Part shown: positions 36,491 to 52,185 of the stretch, in pieces | How the letters are laid out: every line of letters starts with the position of its first letter | Numbering within the stretch: position 1 is the first letter of the stretch | DNA from: Macrostomum lignano | Taxonomy: Eukaryota | DNA: 64,000 bases | Direction: 5' to 3' | Assembly: GCA_002269645.1 (NCBI GenBank) | Contig: NIVC01001185.1 | Location: 124,001-188,000 of the forward strand | Program-made: the position numbers and the translations under genes | Notes under the pieces: model-generated | Told to the model about the DNA's origin: nothing | The model's database searches: none | Seen by the model: the letters and a program-made list of their open reading frames with translations, nothing else

Positions 36491-37194
36491 GAGGGTACTG
36501 GGGAGCGGGTCATTGGGGGTGGTTGAGACACAAGTGCAATATGAACAAGAACATGGATGAGCTAACAACTTAACAACCTAATTTCCATTGACAGCCAAAG
36601 CGCTTAGGAAACAGGAATAGCCGATTAGAACTAAAAAATCTTTCTGGGCAAAGATTGAGCCGCGCCCTGCCATTGTCACCCCCTTCAAGCCATGCACACG
36701 CAAGAAGAGCTCACCAGAGTGTTGCATGAGTCCAAGCAGGAAGCAGTAAGTGCCCCCCCCCCCCGAGAATACATATAGCTACGTCCAATATGGTACAGAC
36801 AAAAATTTCACTAAGGACGGTGAGGAAACGTACCTATGCTATTTGCATTTAAATGCATTTGTTGCTTTGTAAAAATTTATTGTACTGTTTACATTGACAA
36901 CAGCTGTCGTTAAGGGTTCGTGCAGCCTTTAGTCAAAGTCAACTGATCTTAAAAGTACATTTGTAGATTTATAGATGTCAATGCACAATATTTTACGATT
37001 GAAAGATTTTTTCTAGCATTGGGTTTGTATAGCTGTGCAGTGATTCATTTAACTTGTATTAAAAAGCTCAGAAAATACTCTAAGTAGCACAGTGCGCATT
37101 TTAGAAATCTAATTATGTGAATACTTTTCATTGCTGTGATTTCAAAAGTGAGGCTGAAGCTTACTGTTGTAAACTATATTCATATTGCACCAAC

Positions 37195-38365
37195 CCCACG
37201 CCCTAGCCCACACCCTACACTCACACTCTAGCCTCACACTCTAGCCTCACACTCTAGCCCCACACTCTAGCCCCACACTCTAGCCCCACACCCTACACTT
37301 ACACTCTAGCCCCACACCCAGACCCACATTCTAGCCCCACACTCTAGCCCACACTCTAGCCCACACTCTAGCCCCATAATCTAGCCCCACACCCTACTCC
37401 CACACCCTACACCCAAACTCTAGACAAACACTCTAGCCCCACACGATAGCCTCACACTCTCTGCATATAGTCTAACCCTAAGTCCCATACTCCAGCTAGT
37501 CCCATACTCCAGCTAGTCCCACACTCCAGCTAGTCCCAGACTACAGCTAGTCCCACACTCCAGCTAGTCCCACACTCCAGCTAGTCCCACACTTCAGCTA
37601 GTCCCACACTCCAGCTAGTCCCAGACTACAGCTAGTCCCACACTCCAGCTAGTCCCACACTCCAGCTAGTCCCACACTTCAGCTAGTCCCACACTCCAGC
37701 TAGTCCCGGACTCCAGCTAGTCCCACACTCCAGCTAGTCCCACACTCCAGCTAGTCCCACACTCTAGCTAGTCCCATACTCCAGCTAGTCCCACACTCCA
37801 GCTAGTCCCACACTCCAGCTAGTCCCACACTCCACCTAGTCCACACTCCAGCTAGTCCCAGACTACAGCTAGTCCCACACTCCAGCTAGTCCCACACTCC
37901 AGCTAGTCCCACACTCCACCTAGTCCACACTCCAGCTAGTCCCACACTCCAGCTAGTCCCACACTCCAGCTAGTCCCAGACTACAGCTAGTCCCACACTC
38001 TAGCTAGTCCCATACTCCAGCTAGTCCCACACTCCAGCTAGTCCCAGACTACAGCTAGTCCCACACTCCAGCTAGTCCCAGACTACAGCTAGTCCCACAC
38101 TCTAGCTAGTCCCAGACTACAGCTAGTCCCACACTCTAGCTAGTCCCAGACTACAGCTAGTCCCACACTCTAGCTAGTCCCAGACTACAGCTAGTCCCAC
38201 ACTCCAGCTAGTCCCACACTCCAGCTAGTCCCACACTCCAGCTAGTCCCACACTCCAGCTAGTCCCACACTCCAGCTAGTCCCACACTCCAGCTAGTCCC
38301 ACACTCCAGCTAGTCCCACACTCCAGCTAGTCCCACACTCCAGCTAGTCCCACACTCCAGCTGGT
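37195..38365. repeat. Adjacent related arrays: 13-bp (CTAGCCCCACACT) then 17-bp (CCAGCTAGTCCCACACT)
   Basis: Direct observation; switch near 37480. Confidence 0.95.
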
Positions 38366-38824
38366 CCTTAGCAACCCTATAAAAGTACAATAAAAGTGGT
38401 AGAATTGGCGGAACTCAAACTCAGCATGTCGTACTCAACCAGGATTGCCGATTCCAATTATCCAAAAAATATTCTTCCTCGAAAAAAATGGTTAATTTGC
38501 AATCAAAGCAAGTTTCATAAAGCAGTATATTGTTGCTATTGAAATCTCATTAAAATTTCCCAATCAAGTAGATAATTATAAGCTCCGGCAGCGGGTTTAA
38601 AAGATTTCGAGCTCCGTCGCTTAGAAAATAATTGTCGTGGCAACAATGATTGACAGGCTTTGTATATTGCAGCACGCGATGTCAAACTGATTGCAGTTTA
38701 ACAAAGTCGCGTAATTAAAAAAATAGGGGAAAATTATTTCAGGTGCCCCGTCCCGTCTGACTAACGGATTTTATCGGATCTATTTTTATTTCCTGGGCTC
38801 TTATCTCCCTGCATCTTTTAGTTC

Positions 38825-40085
38825 CTGCATATCTAGTCACTTGCATCTATCTAGTAACTTGAATCTCATATCTAGTCACTTGAATCTCATATCTAGTCCC
38901 TTTATCTCAAATCTAGTGCCTTTATCTCATATCTAGTTCCTTTATCTTATATCTAGTCCATTCATCTCATATCTAGTCCATTCATCTCATATCTAGTCCA
39001 TTCATCTCATATCTAGTCCATTTATCTCATATCTAGTCCATTTATCTCATATCTAGTCCATTCATCTCATATCTAGTCCATTCATCTCATATCTAGTCCA
39101 TTCATCTCATATCTAGTCCATTCATCTCATATCTAGTCCATTCATCTCATATCTAGTCCATTCATCTCATATCTAGTCCATTCATCTCATATCTAGTCCA
39201 TTCATCTCATATCTAGTCCATTCATCTCATATCTAGTCCATTCATCTCATATCTAGTCCATTCATCTCATATCTAGTCCATTCATCTCATATCTAGTCCA
39301 TTTATCTCATATCTAGTCCATTTATCTCATATCTAGTCACTTGAATCTCATATGCAGTCACTTGAGTCTCATATCTAGTCCCTTTATCTCAAATCTAGTG
39401 CCTTTATCTCATATCTAGTTCCTTTATCTTATATCTAGTCCATTCATCTCATATCTAGTCCATTCATCTCATATCTAGTCCATTTATCTCATATCTAGTC
39501 CATTCATCTCATATCTAGTCCATTCATCTCATATCTAGTCCATTCATCTCATATCTAGTCCATTTATCTCATATCTAGTCCATTCATCTCATATCTAGTC
39601 CATTCATCTCATATCTAGTCCATTCATCTCATATCTAGTCCATTCATCTCATATCTAGTCCATTCATCTCATATCTAGTCCATTCATCTCATATCTAGTC
39701 CATTCATCTCATATCTAGTCCCTTTATCTCAAATCTAGTGCCTTTATCTCATATCTAGTTCCTTTATCTTATATCAAGTCCATTCATCTCATATCTAGTC
39801 CATTCATCTCATATCTAGTCCATTCATCTCATATCTAGTCCATTCATCTCATATCTAGTCCATTCATCTCATATCTAGTCCATTCATCTCATATCTAGTC
39901 CATTTATCTTATATCTAGTCCATTCATCTCATATCTAGTCCATTCATCTCATATCTAGTCCATTTATCTCATATCTAGTCCCCTTCTCTCTTATCTAGTC
40001 CCTTAATCTCATATCTAGTCCCTTAATCTCATATTTAGTCCCCTTATCTGATATCTAGTCCCTTTATCTCATATCCAGTCTTTAC
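38825..40085. repeat. 20-bp minisatellite (ATCTAGTCCATTCATCTCAT) with higher-order blocks
   Basis: Variant block CTCAAATCTAGTGCC recurs near 38905, 39388 and 39728. Confidence 0.95.
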
Positions 40086-40408
40086 ATGTACATCTCATAG
40101 TCATTAGAATTCATCAATTACCTACATCTCATACCCAATCTATCTCAAATTCCAAAGTATTGCAATATTTCTTCTCAGACACCTACAGGCCAGTAACAGA
40201 TAAAACATCAGTGTTTTCATTGTTTACACTTTCATCAAACTTAATTGAATAGTAGAAAAGAACAGAAAAAACACCCGTGATAAACTGCAGTAATCTGTTG
40301 CAGAAGTATTGTGTGTTATTATTCCCATTAACCACACGATCAATAGACCCATTGTAAATGTAGATAATTTATTTTGTCTGCTCAAACAGATTTATAATTT
40401 TTTCGGCG

Positions 40409-40635
40409 TCAGCCCAGCATGCAGGCTGTGCGACCGATTCGACAGCGCTTTCGAATTTGATTGACAGCTCGGTCGCCTGCATCGTTGGCTCTCTCCTCTT
40501 TTTCAGGTTCTTCATCCTCTCGCAACTCTCGCAGTTTGGCCAGCAGTTGGCGAAGTTGCACCGACCAATGCGGATTATTGTTGCTGTCGGGCTGCACAAT
40601 CACCGCCTCGATGCTAGCTGGTGCAGCCACGCCCG
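40409..40635 (-). CDS. Candidate last coding exon of an unidentified gene (GVAAPASIEAVIVQPDSNNNPHWSVQLRQLLAKLRELREDEEPEKEERAND...MLG*)
   Basis: Branch-like CCTAAC plus CCCCAG acceptor, 75-codon charged helical frame, TGA, then AATAAA at 40368-40373. No upstream exon could be joined convincingly. Confidence 0.35.
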
Positions 40636-40689
40636 CTGGGGTGTCAGGCGTGTTAGGTAGGGGTCAGAGGATGTGTCAGATAGTTACGA

Positions 40690-41455
40690 ATTTGTTTCTT
40701 CAGGTGTCAGATATTTGTGATTAGGTGTCAGATACTAGTAATTGGGTGTCAGATATTTGTGATTGGGTGTCAGATGTCAGTAATTGGGTGCCAGATGTCA
40801 GTGATTGGGTGTCAGATGCTTGTGATTGGGTGTCAGATATCAGTGATTTCGTGTCAGATATCAGTGATTAGGTGTCAGATGTCAGTGATTGGGTGTCAGA
40901 TGCTTGTGATTGGTGTCAGATGTCAGTGATTGGGTGTCAGATATTTGTGATTGGGTGTCAGATGTCAGTGATTAGGTGTCAGATGTCAGTGATTAGGTGT
41001 CAGATGTCAGTGATTTCTTGTCAGATATCAGTGATTAGGTGTCAGATGTCAGTGATTGGGTGTCAGATATTAGTAATTGGGTGTCAGATATCAGTGATTG
41101 GGTGTCATATATTTGTGATTGGGTGTCAGATGTCAGTTATTTCTTGTCAGATATCAGTGATTGGGTGTCATATATTTGTGATTGGGTGTCAGATGTCAGT
41201 GATTAGGTGTCAGATGTCAGTGATTGGGTGTCAGATATCAGTTATTTCGTGTCAGATATCAGTGATTGGGTGTCAGATATTTGTGATTGGGTGTCAGATG
41301 TCAGTGATTGGGTGTCAGATATTTGTGATTGGGTGTCAGATATCAGTGATTGGGTGTCAGATATCAGTGATTGGGTGTCAGATATCAGTGATTGGGTGTC
41401 AGATGTCAGTGATTGGGTGTCAGATGTCAGTGATTGGGTGTCAGATGTCAGTGGT
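40690..41455. repeat. 21-bp minisatellite (GTGTCAGATGTCAGTGATTGG)
   Basis: Direct observation. Confidence 0.95.
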
Positions 41456-42039
41456 GAATAATGAGTCACACATTAACAGCTGAGGTGACAGATATGATAA
41501 ATCCAGTGACAGATATAAGAGATTAAGCTACATTAGTCGAACAGATGGCTCAAACGCTGCTTAGTCTGCAGTCCCAGTTTTAGGCTAGCTCGCACGCGCA
41601 AATCAGAGTCAGTGAAAAGGATTTTGTGAACTTTCTTTTCAAACATAACGTAGCGAAACGTCCTACAAAGTGATGTTGTACAGCCAGTCCTTGAGACAGA
41701 TTTTTTCAAATTTCCCTGAGTAAAAAGGGGAAGAGGGATAAGGAGGATCAATAGCCGATGACGCTCTCGATCTCTCCAGGAAGCTGAATGCTTTTGTCCT
41801 TCGCTGGACTTCATGCTATTAGATTGCTTGCGGAATTGTTAATGACAGTCGGTTTGGCGTGCAGAGGACCGCAACTCTGATACGGCTGCACGGATACAGC
41901 AGTTAATATGCTGCGACCGCAAAGTTAGACAGCTTCGTAATTGAGGTTGGAATGAATTTTAGTGCTGCAGTGGAGTTGGAGAGATTTAGCATGCATAAAT
42001 TGAAGTGAGAAAGGACTGGAGTTGAGAGGAATTGAGAGA

Positions 42040-44195
42040 TGAGAGGATAGAGAGATTGGAGGGAGAGATAAAGTCAAATTTTAAAGGACATATAGTATGG
42101 CAGACAATTGGAAGCAAGACAGGCAGACAGAAAGGAAAGTAGACGGGAGACAGATAGAGAGAAACGAGACAGACGGACAGGGAGGCAGAGAGAAAGGCAG
42201 ACAAGAAGGGAGACATAAAGGCTGACAGACAAACAGAAAGGAGACAGACAGGAAGGCAGAAAGGAAGGAGACAGAAGAAGGCAAGACAGGGTGGCAGACA
42301 GCAAGGGAGACAGGAAGGCAGGCAGCAAGGGAAACAGAAAGGCAGGCAGCAAGGGAGACAGGAAGGCAGACAGCAAGGGAGACAGGAAGGCAGACAGCAA
42401 TGGAGACAGGAAGGCAGGCAGCAATGGAGACAGGAAGGCAGACAGCAATGGAGACAGGAAGGCAGACAGCAATGGAGACAGGAAGGCAGACAGCAATGGA
42501 GACAGGAAGGCAGACAGCAATGGAGACAGGAAGGCAGACAGCAATGGAGACAGGAAGGCAGACAGCAGTGGAGACAGGAAGGCAGACAGCATGGGAGACA
42601 GGAAGGCAGGCAGCAATGGAGACAGGAAGGCAGACAGCAATGGAGACAGGAAGGCAGACAGCAAGGGAAACAGGAAGGCAGGCAGCAATGGAGACAAGAA
42701 GGCAGACAGCAATGGAGACAGGAAGGCAGACAGCATGGGAGACAGGAAGGCAGGCAGCAATGGAGACAGGAAGGCAGACAGCAATGGAGACAGGAAGGCA
42801 GACAGCAATGGAGACAGGAAGGCAGACAGCATGGGAGACAGGAAGGCAGGCAGCAAGGGAAACAGGAAGGCAGACAGCAATGGAGACAGGAAGGCAGACA
42901 GCAATGGAGACAGGAAGGCAGACAGCAATGGAGACAGGAAGGCAGACAGCATGGGAGACAGGAAGGCAGACAGCATGGGAGACAGGAAGGCAGGCAGCAA
43001 GGGAAACAGAAAGGCAGGCAGCAAGGGAGACAGGAAGGCAGACAGCATGGGAGACAGGAAGGCAGACAGCAATGGAGACAGGAAGGCAGACAGCAATGGA
43101 GACAGGAAGGCAGACAGCAATGGAGACAGGCAGCAAGGGAGACAGGAAGGCAGACAGCATGGGAGACAGGAAGGCAGACAGCATGGGAGACAGGAAGGCA
43201 GGCAGCAATGGAGACAGGAAGGCAGACAGCATGGGAGACAGGAAGGCAGGCAGCAAGGGAAACAGGAAGGCAGACAGCAATGGAGACAGGAAGGCAGACA
43301 GCAATGGAGACAGGAAGGCAGACAGCAAGGGAAACAGGAAGGCAGGCAGCAATGGAGACAAGAAGGCAGACAGCAATGGAGACAGGAAGGCAGACAGCAT
43401 GGGAGACAGGAAGGCAGGCAGCAATGGAGACAGGAAGGCAGACAGCAATGGAGACAGGAAGGCAGACAGCAATGGAGACAGGAAGGCAGACAGCATGGAG
43501 ACAGGAAGGCAGGCAGCAAGGGAAACAGGAAGGCAGACAGCAATGGAGACAGGAAGGCAGGCAGCAATGGAGACAGGAAGGCAGACAGCAATGGAGACAG
43601 GAAGGCAGACAGCATGGGAGACAGGAAGGCAGGCAGCAAGGGAAACAGGAAGGCAGACAGCAATGGAGACAGGAAGGCAGGCAGCAATGGAGACAGGAAG
43701 GCAGACAGCAATGGAGACAGGAAGGCAGACAGCATGGGAGACAGGAAGGCAGACAGCATGGGAGACAGGAAGGCAGGCAGCAAGGGAAACAGAAAGGCAG
43801 GCAGCAAGGGAGACAGGAAGGCAGACAGCATGGGAGACAGGAAGGCAGACAGCAAGGGAAACAGGAAGGCAGGCAGCAATGGAGACAAGAAGGCAGACAG
43901 CAATGGAGACAGGAAGGCAGACAGCATGGGAGACAGGAAGGCAGGCAGCAATGGAGACAGGAAGGCAGACAGCATGGGAGACAGGAAGGCAGGCAGCAAG
44001 GGAAACAGAAAGGCAGGCAGCAAGGGAGACAGGAAGGCAGACAGCATGGGAGACAGGAAGGCAGGCAGCAATGGAGACAGGAAGGCAGACAGCATGGGAG
44101 ACAGGAAGGCAGACAGCAATGGAGACAGGAAGGCAGACAGCAAGGCAGACAGCAAGGCAGACAAGAAGGCAGACAGGAAGACAGACTGGAAGAGA
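42040..44195. repeat. 24-bp minisatellite (GGAGACAGGAAGGCAGACAGCAAT), ~1.9-kb core with GA-rich lead-in
   Basis: Direct observation. The stop-free unit explains ORFs in all six frames. Confidence 0.97.
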
Positions 44196-44986
44196 CACTA
44201 CAAAATGGTAAGCAGAGGTACAATCTGTGAGGCTGATTTTTACAGATAATGGGAATAATCAGTGAGACTGACAGCAAAGATCTCGTGGCGATCAGCTGCC
44301 TCACCAATCAAAAGCATGACCTCGGAACAGACTTGGCATTATTCGAAAAAAGGCAGAAAGGAAATCAAGGCTGAATTGAACGCAAGAGATCAATAGATAA
44401 ATATTGCGATGAGGTCAACTGTGAGTGAGCACGCAAAATGATGTTTTACCTGCCAATTGAGGATAGGCCCAGCAGACACTGCTGAGCAGAGCTGACACAC
44501 ACATAATTGTTGCTAAGGCGAAGCTGTTGGCAGCCATGACCTCAAAACTATGCCAGTAAGTGACTGCAGACAGTGGGTGTTGACTCGCCTAGCAACGAGT
44601 CGGTTAAATAGCTTGCCCCCGGAGCAGCTGGCGATTGGCCCATCTCTGCTGGGCCACCCACGCTGAAGGGGAACTGCAAGCTCTAGATTAAGAATCCACC
44701 AATCCCATTAATTAGCAAACTCTGCTGCTGCTTGCAATTCCTCTGGGCCTTGAAGGGCTTGGCAACAAATTCTTTTTGACCGATTTTGAGCACGAATTCT
44801 CGCCATTCAAGCTTTTAATTAGTTCCAAATTCTTGAAAACATGCGTGCGAAAAGCGGATGTTTGGTCCGTGTTTTGCATCCTTGATTAGCATTGTCTGGC
44901 TGCGGAAGGTCTGTTGATGGTCGTGACATTGACGGCATTGACTGGGTAATTTGTCAAGATGAAATTGTAACTAGTTACTAATTGTT

Positions 44987-47665
<2,679 letters not shown>

Positions 47666-49073
47666 TATCGTACTTGTTCTATTGTTGCTCTGTTGCAATT
47701 TCTGCAACAAGCGGATTATCTTCAGCGCTGCAATTAGATTAACGGGAAAAATAAAATCGAAATAAACAGTCAGCTTGTGACTCCTGAATATTATCCAGTC
47801 AAATTTAATTACGTTTCTAAGCACTTGACCAAAAGGCAAAACTGCAGTATAATAAATAAAATTTAAAACAAAGAACTGAGCTGAGGTCCTCAGTCGATAA
47901 GTGATTCTGATGGCGGTTGCAATGTCCCCAATTAAACGGGCTTCGTGCTTTTAGCTGCTGGGCTGCCATTTCAATTCGTTTCTTAGTTCCCGTGTGCGTG
48001 AGGCCCCCTCCCCCCCCCCCGCTGTTTGCTGCTGTCCTGCTTGTCCTTCCCATTAAAATTGGGAAATGCCTGCTTTGCCTGTCCCCTTGGATTTCGCCCT
48101 GCTTAGCCAGTCCGTCAGCCCGAACTGCCTATGCATTATCGTCGCGAGAGAGCGTCTCCCAGCCATGGCAGGAGCAGAAACTTATTTCAAAGTGAAGTCT
48201 CACCCACGCATGCTAGAGGCAACAACTTAGCAACTCTTGGCATTTTTGGGGTTGGCTCAAGGCAAGTTTAAACTAGAATTCTGGAGTCATTCTTTGTACA
48301 CTACGTGTTTGTATTTTTTGAGAAGTTGAGCATTCAGTATAAGACACGGCCAATCATATTCAACGGCCATATGCTTCAACAATTGTCTATGGCCAAAACC
48401 ATGAATGGGTGCAGATATCGTCTGGTGAACTCTCCAGCTCTCTCCAGTGCCCATGTGCCATAGATCATTATATTAGACGGTGTTTTGACCATAGACGAAA
48501 GCAGAAACAGAAGCTACAGACATCTTTCAGGGGGATAAACAACTTTCCGAATGCCAGTAGAAATTGTAAAACTTTTTTCTATTGTGATTTAAAAGTAAAT
48601 TCAGAACATGTTTAGGCTTCTAAGCTCATATTCATGTTTATACAGTGCAATTATCTATATTTTGTACATAGAGCCTAGGAATTTTCATTATTACTGGCAG
48701 GCAAATTCCGTGTGGTAAATATCGTAGAGACCCACCCTAATTATTAGCCTTCTTTTAAGTTACTAATTTTGCATTAACCAGCTCACAAGTCAGGGCTAAG
48801 AGTATCTATAACGCATCGGGGAATGAAGTTGACAAGCCAGGTCTCCTATTAGTTGAAGATCGCCTTGGATTATTTCTCTACACCGTCTTTTTGGAGTTGG
48901 TTTGGAGGTGGAGGCAGTCAGTGAACAGCTGAAACTGAAACTGTGTGCAGAGTTGGATCGCCCTTATAAATTTACTCAACAAACGACTACTTAGCTTACT
49001 TCAGAGAGGCTTCTGTGACCCAGCCAGCAACTACTTGAAGCTACTTGGGGAGAGAATTTAGCCTTCGTAAACA

Positions 49074-50158
49074 ATGCAGCAAGCTGTACGCATCCGCCTA
49101 TTGGAATGCGGCGTCTGCTTAGATGAGATACAGGAGCCGCGAGCTCTCGACTGTTTGCACAGCTTTTGCCTGCGCTGTCTCCGAGGCCTACCCGGGGCTG
49201 ACCAGGCCCGACTGTCATGTCCGCATTGTCGGCGTGTGACACGGAAACAGCCGGGAGAGCTGGAGAAAGACTTTCGCATTGAACAGGTGAACGAATTGTA
49301 CTGTTTAACTTGGCTAGTGACTGCTTGATCGGATTATAAAGGTCCATCTCTCACATGGAGCAGTAAGATGATGCAATGCTTCAGATAGATTGCTTTGACT
49401 ATTGCTGTAGTTTACCTTAGGGTTCGTTATAAACGAGGTTGAAACGCTCTGCAGACCGCTCGCCAAGAATGTCTATGGCCGAAAGACCATTGAGTTTCGC
49501 TGAAGCGAGGTTGAAACGCAGGGCAGACCGCTCGCCAAGAATGTCTATGGCCGAAAGACCATTGAGTTTCGCTGAAACGAGGTTGAAACGCACGGCAGAC
49601 CGCTTGCTAAGAATTTCTATGACCGAAAGACCATTGAGTTTCGCTGAAGCGAGGTTGAAACGCACGGCAGACCGCTTGCTAAGCCACATTCGGCGCCTGG
49701 AACTGGCTGCCAGGCGGCACAGAGCCGACCTCACGTCGAAGATCGATCGGCGACGTCGACAGCTCCTAGCTAGGCGTCGATGGGCCGCCGAGACGCTGGA
49801 TTCCAGAGCCGCGGCCGCCGAGGTGTTGGACAGGGTTCGACGAGGCGAGCACGACTTGGTAGCCGGCCTGCTGCACCGCCTTCGGCCCGCCGTCGGGTCG
49901 GCCGGGGCGGCGCCGCCGCTGACGGAGCCGCGGCTGCCTGCCGGCGACGAGGGCCTCCGACGGCTCCGGCGCCTGCTGACCGAAGCTGCCTGTCGGCTGC
50001 TGGCCGACGATACCGAAGATGACGGCGACATTGCCAGCGGCGATGAAAGTCGAATCGATGACGAAGAGAGGAGTCTGGAGGCTGCGCAAGCCGCCTCCGC
50101 CAAATGGGGCAAGCTAGCCGCGGTGTCAAAGAAGGGCAGAGCGGACTTTGACGAGTGA
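49074..50158 (+). CDS. RING-HC zinc-finger / coiled-coil protein (TRIM-like). Exon 1 49074..49286; second coding segment ~49439..50158; junction unresolved
   Basis: CGVCLDEIQEPRALDCLHSFCLRCL...CPHCR is a C3HC4 RING of TRIM type followed by CAG|GTGAAC. The downstream ORF is Arg/Ala/Leu-rich and helical. No phase-0 acceptor was found for that frame and no B-box was seen. Confidence 0.65.
49434..49683 (+). repeat. 69-bp (23-codon) tandem repeat, ~3.5 copies, at the start of the second RING-gene ORF
   Basis: GAGGTTGAAACGC...CCATTGAGTTTCGCTGAAGC is repeated. Confidence 0.9.
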
Positions 50159-52185
50159 TGACGCAATCTATTCAGGCACTTAGCGAATAATATACTCTTA
50201 AATAATTAACCAGCAAGTATTCAAGGTTCAGTATGTACTTTAACATTTCTTCAATTGCCTCTAGTTAGCAGTGAGCTGAGCTTGTCTCCAGTGTCTGTCA
50301 CAACGAGGACTTAAACAGAAAGACGGTTAATTGGGACCCTAAGTTTCTAAGAAAATATTTGAAGGCTGGTTTTACACGCAAAAAGTTATCATAATAGAAG
50401 CATCAATTTTTAAACAAACTCATGATCAAATGCTTGCATATTTCTGGGAGAGCGGCCACATAGTAGCACAGCAACCATGTAGGCTGTTTACCTTGGATAC
50501 CAAATTCGGCTTGATTCGTTAAGATCAGCGTAAATCCTAAGGCTGTCTGAAGCTGTCTAAACTTTAAACACCTCCAATGAGCTTGCGACGATATTGCCTA
50601 CTAAGAATTTCTATGGACAAAAGACTGTTTTGATTAAATTCAGTCACCGAGACTGTCTACGGTACATGCTATCCGATCACTTGGGCTCACACTAGCTAAT
50701 ATGAATCCGGTTGCTCTGCAGAAACGAGCTCTTACGAATTGACAACCAGGATACAATTACAGCCTGAAGTATCGTAATAATCTTTTACTGTTAAGTTTTG
50801 TTAATATTGAGCATGTACACTGTACATGTATATTGTTCATATCGTAGCGTTTGCAGACATTTTTTGTCATGTTTCATGTTTGGAGTCGAACGAAAAATCT
50901 ACCACTCTTCTCCCCTCTATTTTGGGGCTGCAAAAGCTTTTAAAAAACGGATTATAAACTGCTTTGTTTTAATAATGCACTTCATTTAAGCTACGCTTTA
51001 CGAGTATTAGCCATATATGGCAATAGCAGTGCAATATTCAAATCCATCTTCCGGGTGAGCAGATGTTTCAGTAATGTAGCCAACAAAAAGCCGTCTACGG
51101 GTTAACATCTCGCTCTCACACAGATGCACGCAATTCCTGGAAGCTGTCTAGGAAGAACTCGCCACTAAAAAAACGTTTTGTCGGATGAAAATCTCCAAGA
51201 CAAAGGCTTTATCCATATCAGGAGCGTATATGCATCGTTTTTTTCTAACTGCTTTTTCAAGCCTTTCATTTTTATCACCCCAAAAATACACTTAACCGAT
51301 CGGCACCGCGCTGCATAGAACAATGCTGGACTACCTGTCAACTAAAAAACACCATGATGAGAATTCCTTTTAGTTTTCGATAAGAACTCACGAGTGCAGG
51401 CTACATTTGAACGTTTTGAATTGGTGCGCCTGTCAAGTATTATTTTTGTTTAATTGGGCCCATCTTCAGATTGACAAAATTATAAGAACAGTGCGTTGCA
51501 GTTTTAGTTCTGCTATTAACACGAAGCAATTTAGTTTATTTTTAATGTACGAGTAGCTTTTAAAGTAGAATTAAGTTTAAGACTATTCTCTTTATTGCAG
51601 AATTAAAGGACAACGTAGGTTACCTACAATCGTGAAAGGATGAGATCTGGAAACATTCAATATTCAGGCAAACTGTAACTGATGATAAATGATTCTAGCA
51701 TCATCTTACCTTGAAGTAACTGTCTAATTTTTTGTTGTAATACTTGAAGTACATGTGTATATTAGTAGTGCTTTGGAATCGAATATTAAAATTCAATTAA
51801 ATAGGGTATCTCTATATGAATTCAATCAGAAAAGTTAATAAATTATTTATAAAGTTACGATAAAAAACGATATAATAACAATAATTATATAATATTTCAA
51901 TATTTAGGTGATGCTAAATAGTCTTTTTTAGTAGACAATACAATATGCAATAAAAAATGTGTTTTATGTTAGTTTTTATGAAATAATGCTAAACTATAAA
52001 ATATTGGCCACAGCCGAGGTCAGTTTGATTTAAACCCATAATGTAAAAAGCTAAGCACACTGGCTATTTAATGGCGAAAAATATCCCCTTTTACTATGAA
52101 ACAACTTTTCCAATCATGCGTGGATAAACTTAATCACAAAATATATAATTTCATGATTTTCACTTTTTGTAAAAGCAAATGTCCA

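Noticed and set aside
22990-41455. GATGTCAG shared by the arrays at 22990 and 40690; GGCGCC shared by 22990 and 31410
   Set aside because: Only 6-9 bp are shared and the rest of the units is unrelated; insufficient for homology.
42074-44307. 600-770-aa ORFs in all six frames
   Set aside because: Produced by a stop-free 24-bp tandem unit; openness in every frame and unit indels indicate non-coding satellite.
47817-48195. Short overlapping ORFs (78 and 92 aa)
   Set aside because: No recognisable domain, a homopolymer run inside, and no convincing splice context.
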